64,000 bases of DNA, taken from positions 64,001-128,000 of the forward strand of contig CAVUPH010000020.1 in the NCBI GenBank assembly GCA_963743305.1, read 5' to 3'. The stretch is from an uncultured delta proteobacterium. GTDB lineage: Bacteria > Desulfobacterota > RBG-13-43-22. Below are positions 27,672-36,836 of the stretch, in pieces. Position numbers and translations under genes: made by a program. Under the pieces are notes generated by a model that made no database searches, was not told the DNA's origin, and was given only the letters and a program-made list of their open reading frames with translations. Within the stretch, counting starts at the first letter, position 1. The number at the start of each line of letters is the position of its first letter.

Positions 27672-28643
27672 CTAAAGATACCCGGCGGCAGCATATTGTT
27701 TGATCTTTTGCGGGATCACCGTTTCCCAGTAGTGATCGAAATTAAACCCCGAATAATCATGGCAAGGGGCGGGACCGGTATCCACCAACAGGCACTGGCA
27801 GTCATTTCCCTTTAGTAAGACAAAAATATTATTGGGACTGACCGAGGTTTTCACTTCCGGGTTTTTGTCGAAAAGGTCAATCAGCCGGTCAATGAAGGAC
27901 TGCACGCTTTCCCGTACCAATCGATAGGCCGAATTGCCTGGTCCACCCAGGGAATAATAGGTTTTGGCCAGGGACTCTCCGGCCAGACGCTCTTTGATCA
28001 TGAAGCTGCCGTAGGGATCGCTCAACAGGATGCGCGGTACGGGAACGCCCTGCCTTTCGAAAAAGTCCGTTACCTCGTATTCCTCTTTCAGATGATTCCG
28101 GCTATAGGGACGGGGTTTGGCAAGTTTTAAGACCGCTTGCGGGGCTTCCTGATAGTCGTAGACGATCCCGTTTTCCCCTTCCCCGATCCTGGGCAGCTTG
28201 ACGGTATAATGATTGCCGGCCAGGTTGATGGGGATGGATCCGGAGGGAAAGCCGCCCAGCCCCTGAATGACGTGGCTGGATTCGTTATCCAGATAAAGGA
28301 CCCGTAGATCTTCCGCCAGGTTGGCCACGTAATCCCGGGAACCGAACCCGATAAAAGTCTCCGACCGGTCCTCCCTCAAGAACATACCGTAATAACCGGC
28401 GGTCTGAAGGGCCAGGATCAAATCGCTGATTCGGGCATATTGGGGAGCGAAAAGGATTTCGAACAAGCCCACTTCCCTCCCGGAAAGAGAGCGAAAGCCG
28501 CAAACCCGGCACTCATCCACCTGGACATTGGGGATACGGACAATGGACCCTTCGATGGTGATGTCCTGAGGGGTTTGAACCGTTATTAAAAAACCTTCTT
28601 CACAACGGGGACATATTTCCGTTTGGGGTTTCGGTTCATCCAT
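27672..28643 (-). CDS. YgiT/MqsA-type Zn-finger fused to a kinase-like (pseudokinase) domain
   Basis: CPRC...CRVC; IGEGENGIVY, VLKLAK, KEE, VPVPRI, IKERLAGESL, TSVSPNNIFV, LVDTG; start overlaps the upstream stop by 8 nt. Confidence 0.75.
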   Translation of the reverse strand: MDEPKPQTEICPRCEEGFLITVQTPQDITIEGSIVRIPNVQVDECRVCGFRSLSGREVGLFEILFAPQYARISDLILALQTAGYYGMFLREDRSETFIGFGSRDYVANLAEDLRVLYLDNESSHVIQGLGGFPSGSIPINLAGNHYTVKLPRIGEGENGIVYDYQEAPQAVLKLAKPRPYSRNHLKEEYEVTDFFERQGVPVPRILLSDPYGSFMIKERLAGESLAKTYYSLGGPGNSAYRLVRESVQSFIDRLIDLFDKNPEVKTSVSPNNIFVLLKGNDCQCLLVDTGPAPCHDYSGFNFDHYWETVIPQKIKQYAAAGYL

Positions 28644-29865
28644 GGGCGGTTTCCCCGGAGGCGTTAGGATCATGATTCTCCAAAACCTTTTCATGCTTGA
28701 CGGTCAATTGGAAAAGCCGTTCGGCCAAAATAACCGAGATGTTTTTGATGAGCTTATAGGGGGCCGTGAGGTTGGCCTCCAAAAGCTCGTTGAACTTGTC
28801 CTGATCGATTTCGATCAATTTGCAGGGGGTGGCGGCCACGACGGTCATGGACCGGGGCACATGGAGCAGGAAGGCCATTTCCCCCAGGACCGATCCCCGT
28901 CCGATCCGCAGGTGCCAGGAACCCGGTTTGGAATAATGCCCCCGCCGGACCTCCACCTCCCCCTCCAAAATCAGGTAAAAATTTTCCCCGATGGCCCCTT
29001 CCCGGAGGATGATTTCCTCCGGTTCGAATTCAATGGTCTTGGCCGTTTTCAGGAGCAGGAATATTTCCGCCGGTTTCAGGTCATGGAAAATTTCAAATTC
29101 CTTAGCCTCGTCCCGTTCGGATTGGGTCACTTCCTGCGGCACCAGCCACTGCAGGTAACCGGTGCGCTGGTACTTGCGGATGCGGTCGGGCAGGACTTCA
29201 TTCCAGTACTTGTTGAAGGTATAGCCTTCGTAATTCTTTTTTAAGGTGGTCCCCGGATCGATCAGGACAAATTGAGTGGGATCTTTAAACTTCCCCCCTT
29301 CGCTCAAGACATAAATGTTATTGGGGCTAACGCTGACTTTGCAATCGGGCCGCTTTTTGAATAATTCCAAAAGACGGTTCAAGAATTTTTCCAGGCCTTC
29401 CAGGATCAATTGCTGGCTTTTAACCGATAATTCGTTGAAGCGCAGATAAAGGCTGGTAATGGATTCCCCCTCTACAAATTCTTTGATACAAAAACGGCCT
29501 AAGGGATCCAAATGAAATATACGAGGGACGTACACTTGTTCGGAAAGGAAAAAATCCGTGGTCATGGCCTCTTCCAGGAGGCGCTCGCGACAAACCGGCT
29601 GCTGTTTGGCCACCTTGAGGCAGAGGGACCCCCGGGCCTCCGGGAGGGTTAGTGAATGGGAACGCAGCGGATAGACGATGCCGCGATCCCCCTCCCCGAG
29701 AGGCGGCAGGTTGATTCCCAGGGTGACCCCGCCGTAGACTTGATCGCTTTCCTTGAATCCGGCGGTGGCAGCCTGCTGCAAGGCCTCAAAAAAAACCACG
29801 GCCTGATCCTCCAATTCCGGGGCTTCAAACGCTTGAAGGGGTTTCTTTGCCGATGTCATAGTCAC
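28636..29865 (-). CDS. Kinase-like (pseudokinase) domain fused to a cyclic-nucleotide-binding domain
   Basis: LGEGDRGIVY, CLKVAK, LEE, IKEFVEGESI, VSVSPNNIYV, LIDPG; C-terminal IILREG...FYLILEGEVEV...LGEMAFL...PRSMTVVA. Confidence 0.8.
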   Translation of the reverse strand: MTMTSAKKPLQAFEAPELEDQAVVFFEALQQAATAGFKESDQVYGGVTLGINLPPLGEGDRGIVYPLRSHSLTLPEARGSLCLKVAKQQPVCRERLLEEAMTTDFFLSEQVYVPRIFHLDPLGRFCIKEFVEGESITSLYLRFNELSVKSQQLILEGLEKFLNRLLELFKKRPDCKVSVSPNNIYVLSEGGKFKDPTQFVLIDPGTTLKKNYEGYTFNKYWNEVLPDRIRKYQRTGYLQWLVPQEVTQSERDEAKEFEIFHDLKPAEIFLLLKTAKTIEFEPEEIILREGAIGENFYLILEGEVEVRRGHYSKPGSWHLRIGRGSVLGEMAFLLHVPRSMTVVAATPCKLIEIDQDKFNELLEANLTAPYKLIKNISVILAERLFQLTVKHEKVLENHDPNASGETAHG

Positions 29866-31100
29866 CTCTCTGCGGAAAGATTTTTGCTTCGTTCCTCTTT
29901 TTCGGCCCTCCAGCCCAAAAAGAAAACCACGGATCCCAAAAGGGGAAAAATACCCAGCCAGCCGAAAAGGGTGCGGGCCGATACCTGAAAGGTGGTTACC
30001 AATAGATAGACCGCCCCCATGGCCGCCAAACCAAAAATCCGGCTGCCGAAACTGGTGGTGGATTTGGCCCTTCCCTGAATGTGGGCCTCGGAGTAGCGGT
30101 TCACGATGGCGTCAATCCCCACGGCTTCGGAGGCCTGGCCGGCCCCCACCAGGGCCCCCACCAGGCAGGCCAGGAAGACGTCATTCACCAGATTAAAGCC
30201 GAAGAAAGCCATCCCAATTACGATCAGGGAAACTCCGGTAAGAAAAAAAGTGGAACGGTAGGCGAAGAAAAAAGGGATCACCAGGGCGGTGACCACCACC
30301 TTGCCTGCGGATTGGGCGGATTCAAAATAGCCGTAGGACGACAGCCCTTTGGCCAGGTGGGCCAGGTAAACCACCGATAGTACGGTAAAGGAGCCGCGAC
30401 CCACCGCTACCAGGGAACGGCCGATTAATAAAAGCCGCAGGGGTTTCTTGCCCCAGGTATAGCGGAGCCCCTCTTTTTGGCTGGCCCAATAGGATTTTTT
30501 ACGGACCCTCTGGTAATCAATGATGGATTCTCCGGTCAGTTGTAGGCGGGTGACCAGCAGGAAGGAAAGAAAGAATAGAGGTGGTCCCCAAAGAACTGCC
30601 ACTTTGAGCCCCAGCCAACCGGACACCAGACTGGCCAGGGCGTAGCCCGTGATATTGCTGAAATGGTTGGCGGCGTCCACCTGGGATAAGACTTTGGTCC
30701 CTTCCTTAACCGGAAAATTGACTTTAACCACTTTGTCGGCCGCCGGTTTAAAGAAAATAAAGACAAAATCTCCTAAAAAAGAAAGGACCAGATAAACCGG
30801 GTAGGGATAGCCCCAAAGCACGGCCGCCACCAGCATCAGGCTCAGGATCGTCCGCAGCAGCTCGGCGGCCATCAGGGAGGTGCGAATATGCAGTTTGTCG
30901 ATAAAGGGGCCGGATATGGCGTTGATCAGTATTTCGCAGACATACCGAAACACCAGCACCAAGCCGGCGATCATGGGGTCATGGCTCTTAGAGGCGACTA
31001 AGAGGACCGAGAGGATCCGCAAAAAGCCGTCTCCGATCCGGGTAAAAACCCGGCTGGAGATCAGCAAGAAGAAATCTTTTTGGATAGTGGAGGGTTCCAT
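29862..31100 (-). CDS. MFS transporter
   Basis: About 12 hydrophobic segments; FFLLISSRVFTRIGD, SGPFIDK, KEGLRY, IQGRA pattern of DHA3-like exporters; stop overlaps the next start. Confidence 0.85.
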   Translation of the reverse strand: MEPSTIQKDFFLLISSRVFTRIGDGFLRILSVLLVASKSHDPMIAGLVLVFRYVCEILINAISGPFIDKLHIRTSLMAAELLRTILSLMLVAAVLWGYPYPVYLVLSFLGDFVFIFFKPAADKVVKVNFPVKEGTKVLSQVDAANHFSNITGYALASLVSGWLGLKVAVLWGPPLFFLSFLLVTRLQLTGESIIDYQRVRKKSYWASQKEGLRYTWGKKPLRLLLIGRSLVAVGRGSFTVLSVVYLAHLAKGLSSYGYFESAQSAGKVVVTALVIPFFFAYRSTFFLTGVSLIVIGMAFFGFNLVNDVFLACLVGALVGAGQASEAVGIDAIVNRYSEAHIQGRAKSTTSFGSRIFGLAAMGAVYLLVTTFQVSARTLFGWLGIFPLLGSVVFFLGWRAEKEERSKNLSAER

Positions 31101-31165
31101 AAATAGTCGTCGCTATTCTAATAGCAAACCTTTCGGCGGGAGTCAATCCCAGTTTTTTCGGAGGT

Positions 31166-31194
31166 TTGACTTTGCTGAACCTTGGGAGTATAAT
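31166..31194 (+). promoter_or_regulatory. Sigma70 promoter of the cyclase gene
   Basis: TTGACT-17 nt-TATAAT; a back-to-back TTGACT on the minus strand (31141-31146) faces the MFS gene. Confidence 0.7.
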
Positions 31195-31223
31195 CATAAA
31201 AAAAACTTAACTAAGAATACGGT

Positions 31224-32855
31224 ATGCTCTATAAACTGCAAATTACCCCATCCGTCGGAAAGCGCTGGATCTATACCATAGAAAAACCGTTGGCCAGAAT
31301 CGGCCGGACCCCTCACTGCGAAGTGGTCATCAACGACCCGCTGGTTTCACGAGAACACTGTCTGCTGCAATTGATGCCCGAGGGACTGTTTTTGGAGGAT
31401 TTGCACAGCGCCAACGGCACCCTGGTCAATGAACAGCGGATTACCCGGGTCTTGCTGCATCCCGGAGATAAGATACGTTTGGGGCTGTCGGAATTCGTCC
31501 TGGAACAGATCCCTGAAAGAGAAGCGGTCCTTCCGGCTCCGCCGGCTCAGACCCCGGATCCGGGGCTCAGGCAGAGCGATCCAGGGGCAGCCCAGCAGCC
31601 GCGAGAAGCTGAACCGGAGAAGGCGGTAAAACCTTGGCCGGTGAAATCGCCGGAGGCGAAGCCGAAGAAACCTTCCTCGGAGAAATCGCCGGAGGCCAAG
31701 CCGAAGACCGAAGGGGAACCCCCGGTACCCCCCATTCCTCTGGTTTCCCCCAACCAAGAACCACCTTCCCTACTGGTCATTCATCCCGGATGTCCGAAAA
31801 TTGAGAAGCAACTCGAACCGCTGGTCGCTTCCGGAGTGGTGATCCGGCAGGCCACCGAACGGGATCAGGTCCGGGCGGCCCTGGAGAACCCGCTGCCCGA
31901 TTGCATCCTGCTCTGCCATCAGATCCCGGAGCCTCTGGAAATTTATCAGGAGCTGCGTTCCCATTCACAAAACATGCCCATTGTATTGTTACTCCATGGG
32001 GAGCCTTGGACCGAGGCCCAGACCCTCATTCGTTCCGGGGTGGATGAAATCCTGCATCATCAGGATTTCACGGAATTTCAGGTGCGGATTCGCAACATGA
32101 TTGAAATGAACCGGTTGCGAAAAGAAGCCATCCTGGTGACCGCCCAGGTGGAAAAGCGGGTCAGTGAGGACGTTTCCGAGGCTGAACGCATCACCCGACT
32201 GAAGCGGTACCTTTCTCCCCAGTTGGTGGCGGCGCTGCTGTCCGGGGATGAATCGCACGTTCTGAAGCCTACCCGCCAGGAGGTCACCATCGTCTTTTCC
32301 GATCTGCGGAACTATACCCATTTCTCGGAGACTTCGGAACCGGAAGAGATTATCGCCATGCTGAGTGATTTTCATGCCCTCTACGGCGAAATAATTTTTA
32401 AATATGACGGGACCCTGGAACGGTTTGCCGGGGATGGGGTCATGGTCTTTTTTGGTGCGCCGGTCCCTTTCAAGGATCATGCCCGCCGGGCGGTGGCCAT
32501 GGCCGTGGCCGCTCAGGAGCGTTTGGTCGACCTGCGGACCAAATGGAATAAATTAGGCTATACCCTGGATGTTTCCTTCGGGATTTCCACCGGCTACGTT
32601 TATGTGGGCAATATCGGTTTCGAAGGACGAATGGACTACGCCGCCATTGGTAAGACCACCAACCTGGCCGCCCGGTTATGCGCCGCGGCCAAGGGAGGTC
32701 AGATCCTGATCAGCCGCAAAACCCTTTTTCAGGTGGAAGATCTGGCGGAAGTGGAAGAAATCGGGGCACTGGAGGTGAAGGGCTTCGGCGAACCGGTCAT
32801 GGCCTACAACGTAATCGGCTTGAAAACCCCCTTTATCCCCGTTCCGATGAATTGA
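31224..32855 (+). CDS. FHA domain - Pro-rich linker - pseudo-receiver - class III nucleotidyl cyclase
   Basis: FHA IGR...VSREHC...DLHSANGT; receiver-like PDCILLC...PIVLL...GVDEIL; cyclase FSDLRNYT, ERFAGDG, GNIG, NLAARL. Confidence 0.9.
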   Translation: MLYKLQITPSVGKRWIYTIEKPLARIGRTPHCEVVINDPLVSREHCLLQLMPEGLFLEDLHSANGTLVNEQRITRVLLHPGDKIRLGLSEFVLEQIPEREAVLPAPPAQTPDPGLRQSDPGAAQQPREAEPEKAVKPWPVKSPEAKPKKPSSEKSPEAKPKTEGEPPVPPIPLVSPNQEPPSLLVIHPGCPKIEKQLEPLVASGVVIRQATERDQVRAALENPLPDCILLCHQIPEPLEIYQELRSHSQNMPIVLLLHGEPWTEAQTLIRSGVDEILHHQDFTEFQVRIRNMIEMNRLRKEAILVTAQVEKRVSEDVSEAERITRLKRYLSPQLVAALLSGDESHVLKPTRQEVTIVFSDLRNYTHFSETSEPEEIIAMLSDFHALYGEIIFKYDGTLERFAGDGVMVFFGAPVPFKDHARRAVAMAVAAQERLVDLRTKWNKLGYTLDVSFGISTGYVYVGNIGFEGRMDYAAIGKTTNLAARLCAAAKGGQILISRKTLFQVEDLAEVEEIGALEVKGFGEPVMAYNVIGLKTPFIPVPMN

Positions 32856-33040
32856 GTAAAATCGGACTTCAATGACGGAGTCTCCAACCGATCCTTCCGT
32901 CGGCCAGGCGCTTCCTGGAATGCCCATTTTAATTCTACCTGTTGCCTTCTCCCGGCCGGCGACTCTGTGGCGAGAGGTCGCCTCCGCTCAGAACATCCAA
33001 GGAGAAACCCTTTTTCTCACCGTTTACCATAAAAAAGGCC

Positions 33041-35012
33041 ATGTCCAACATTGATCAATTAAGAAAACCGCTCCTCCATTTGCGCGAACTTCTCCCCCGA
33101 GTGGTCGATTTGATCGAGACCGCTGACCCGGATTCGAGCGCACAGTGGAGAAACCTTGATGCCAGGCTGCTTCCGCTGATGGATAAACGTTTGCCCCTCA
33201 TGGTGGCCGTCTGCGGGGGCGCCAACTCAGGGAAGTCCACTTTGTTCAATTCCCTGTTGAAGATCCGTCTCTCACCGGCCCGAGGTGACGCCGGAAGCAC
33301 CCGCCGTGTTCTGGCGGCCATACACCCCGCCGTACTGCGCCGGAAGAACTTTATGGAAAACCTCTTTGAGCCTTTTGGTCTCATTCCCCGGCTCCTTGAG
33401 GATTCAACGGCCCTGCTGGAGACCGGTCCGCCGCTGGTGGTGTCCCACCCGGATGTGCCGCAGGATCAGGTCTGGATGGACACCCCCGACTTTGATACCG
33501 GGTCCGACGACCGTTATCTGAACCGTCCCATCGCCCGGGAGGTGCTGGAGGCCTGTAACGTCCTGATCTATATTGTCACCAATACGACCTACAACAATCT
33601 GGAGAACACCCGCTTTATGCGGCAGATTCTAACCGAGACCGGAATGCGGCGCTTAATCCTGGTCTATAGTTGTTCCCGCACGATCGAGGACCAGCAGGCC
33701 AGAGAACATTTGAATACTACGGCCTCCAATTTATATGGGCCGGCCCAAGAGGAGTATTTGATCGGCACCTACCGAACCGACACCAGCGACGAGGTGGCCG
33801 CCGGTCAGGCCTTCATGAATCCGCGACCGATCTTTTCCGGAGAACCGGATTTAATGGAATTGTTACGAAGACTGGACCCGCGGGCCATCAGGGAACGACA
33901 GATTCTTTCTACCCTGGAGGCCTTCGTCGGTTATGTGCGGCAGCTCATGAAGACCTCCAAGGTCGTGCGGGAGGAGATCGACCTGTATGTCGGTACGCTG
34001 CAACTGGCCCTCGGGCGGGCGGTTCAACAATCCCTGGTTTCTATCCCGGTCAAGAAGATCCTCCAAAGCATGAATGAGCTCTGGCTGCAAACCAGTCCGC
34101 CGCACCTCAAGTTCTTCCGCGGCGTGGGCAGCGTCCTCGGTAAACCTGCCAGGATGCTTCTATCGCTACTGAACCTGGCCCAAGGGGATGAGGCCCCCCA
34201 AAAAGGTTCTTTCACCCAACCGATCGATCCGCTGGAGGAAATCAAATCCAACCTCCTGGGCGCGGCCTCGGAACTGCGTGACCACCTCCTGGCCGAGGAA
34301 CTAATGGCCGAGATCGTGGCCAAAGAACCGGAAGGGGCCCGCCTGATCGCCCTGGTCGATCATATTCGCCAACACCGGGGATCCAAGGAAATCCAGTTAC
34401 CCTTTCGGCAAATGGCCCCCGGCAGAGGAACCGTAACCCTGCACGTGGTTGCTCCCGACGGGTACCGCCGTCGTCCGGAAAGCATTGGAGGGCCGTCCCT
34501 GGTCGGCTACCTCCGAGCGGATTGTTTCCACGGCCCGAGACCTTTTGGATATTTCCGAAGATGCCGTTTTGACCGCAGAGCTGACCAGCTTGATTAACGA
34601 ATTCCGTCTGCAAATGAATTTTCTTCAAAGAACCCGTGAATCATTTTTTGCTTCGTTGAATGTCTTACCGGCTACCCTCGGTATCGCCTATATTCTGACC
34701 ACCGGTGACCCGGTGGGCGGGAGCGGCCTTTACGCCAAACTTCACGGTATCTTCGGTATGCACGATTTATGGGCCCTGGTTTCCATCCCCGCTTCGGCCG
34801 GTCTGGATGAAACCGGACGGAAACAGCTTTCCGACATGCTGGAGCCGGTGGTCAGACGGTGGCTCGAAAATCGGGCCATTATCGTTCGGGAAGTCTTCGA
34901 GGAAACCATTACCGGCGGCGTGATCGAGGAATTAGTAAAAATGAGAGGGGTCCTCGATCAATTAATTGAAGAAATTGAAAAAGAACTGGACTTATTGCGA
35001 GGTTATCTCTGA
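33041..35012 (+). CDS. Dynamin-like/Era-like GTPase 1 (frameshift near 34456)
   Basis: G1 GGANSGKST, G2 GSTR, G3 DTPDFD; long helical C-terminus continues in ORF 34449-35012. Confidence 0.75.
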
Positions 35013-36780
35013 TGATCCAGGACGACTTCTATCCGCTTAAGGCCCGCGGGCGGTTATCGGCCGCCAGAGAATCCATTAGACAAATCCAGACCACGGCTGA
35101 AACCGCCGGCCACTGGATTCCCGGCCGGAGCCTATCGTCGGAATGCCGCGCGGCCGTCGATTTGCTGGAAAAAATGGAGGAACGGTTGGTCCACAAATTG
35201 GTGGTCACCCTGGTCGGTCCCAGCGGGGCCGGAAAATCGACCCTCTTGAACGCCCTGGCCGGTGAAGACCACCTTTCCCCTGTCGGAATCGACCGGCCAA
35301 CCACCAGAGGTCTCGTCGTTTTCTGCCGATCCCGGGCTGATGCCGAAATCCTGCTTCAGGGCCTGGATCCGGCCGCGGTCGAGGTGGAGCCCCGTCCGCT
35401 CGCGGCTGGATTGGAACAGGTCATCTTGGTGGACACCCCGGACATGGACAGCATGGAAAGTCGGCCCTTTCATCCGCTTCTGGAGAAAACCATCGCCCTG
35501 ACCGACGTGCTGGTCTGTGTCTTGAATGCCGAAAATCCCAAACGCCGGGATACCATCGTTTTTCTTAAACGGTTCGTTGAGCTGCTTTCCCGGTCTCTCG
35601 CTTGTACGTGGTTTTGAACCGCTGCGACCGCCTGCCGGAAGAAGAATTAAAGACCGTTATCCTCCCGGACCTCCAGACCCATCTGGAGACCTCCTGGCGA
35701 AGAAAGGTCGACCACGTATTTTGTCTCAGTGCCCGCGACCATTTGAAAGCGCCGGGCTGGCCGGAAGACGAAAAACCCAGACATCGGTTCGATCAATACC
35801 CGCAACTCCATAATCAGATCTTCGGGACCCTCAACCAGGAAGGGCGCTTGGTGGACGTTCGGCTGGAAAGGGCGGACCATCTGGTTGAATGGATACAGCA
35901 AACGGTCCGGCACACCCTGGCGGGAGTGCCGGAAAGACTGACGGAAATCAGAAAGGACATCCTGGATCTGGAACAAAAGGCGACCAGGACCGCAACGGAA
36001 ACCCTGAAGGAAAGCGGGGGGGAGATGTTGAGCGGGATACAAGCCCTGTTTTATCAAAAACTGGCCGATCGCTGGTGGGGTCCGGTAGGATGGCTGGTGG
36101 CCCTCTGGGCCCGATTTCTTATGGCCGGGGCCGGTGTTTTGGCCACGTTGCGTTTTGGAAACCCGTTGCTGCAGCTCTGGGGTTTGATTTCCTCCTTGGT
36201 CCGTTACCGGAAGTCACGTCAGGCGGTTGAAGAAGCCACAGCGGGAGGTGAGATGGCTTCCGTCTTGCTCAAATATCGTTTTACCATCCAGCAGGTTTGG
36301 CCGGATTTGGCCGGAAGACTGATTGCCCTTGGATTTAATCAGGGGGTGCGCGAGGCCAAAGCGGTCTTGCAGGACGAGGAAGACCTCCGTCTGCGCCTGG
36401 CTTCTTCCTGGAAAGGCGCTTTGGAAGAGGCCCTGAACCGCCGGGTAGGAAACTTATCCGGGTTTATTCTGCAGTTGATCTTCAATCTGCCGACCTTGGC
36501 GGTCATGGGGCTCTTTGCTTATCAAAGTGTAAAAAGTTTTCTCTGGCAGCAGAACCTGGTTCCCGAATATTTTCTTCACGCCACCGTCGCCATCCTTATA
36601 GTGAGTCTTCTTTCTTTCTTCCTCTTTCAAGTCCTGGTCCGTTTGGTCGGGGGCGGGCATCTGCTCAAGTCGGCCACCGAGCGGTTGGTCGGCTTGGTCG
36701 AGACGGCCGGCAGCGCCCGCCAGAACTATTCCATCCTCCAAGAGATTGATGCCGTGCTTCGTTTGGGAGAGGTAAAATAG
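35012..36780 (+). CDS. Dynamin-like/Era-like GTPase 2 with C-terminal TM segments (frameshift near 35586-35601)
   Basis: G1 GPSGAGKST, RPTT, DTPDMD; G4-like VLNRCD in the following ORF 35602-36780; start coupled to the GTPase 1 stop (TGATG). Confidence 0.75.
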
Positions 36781-36836
36781 CTGGAGACGTTGGTCCTTCG
36801 GCTCCGGGATTGGTCGGCCAAATTTCGCTGAATTTT

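Noticed and set aside
34449-35617. Programmed ribosomal frameshifting in the GTPase genes
   Set aside because: No slippery heptamer is present at the breakpoints, and similar indels occur in unrelated genes, which points to sequencing error.
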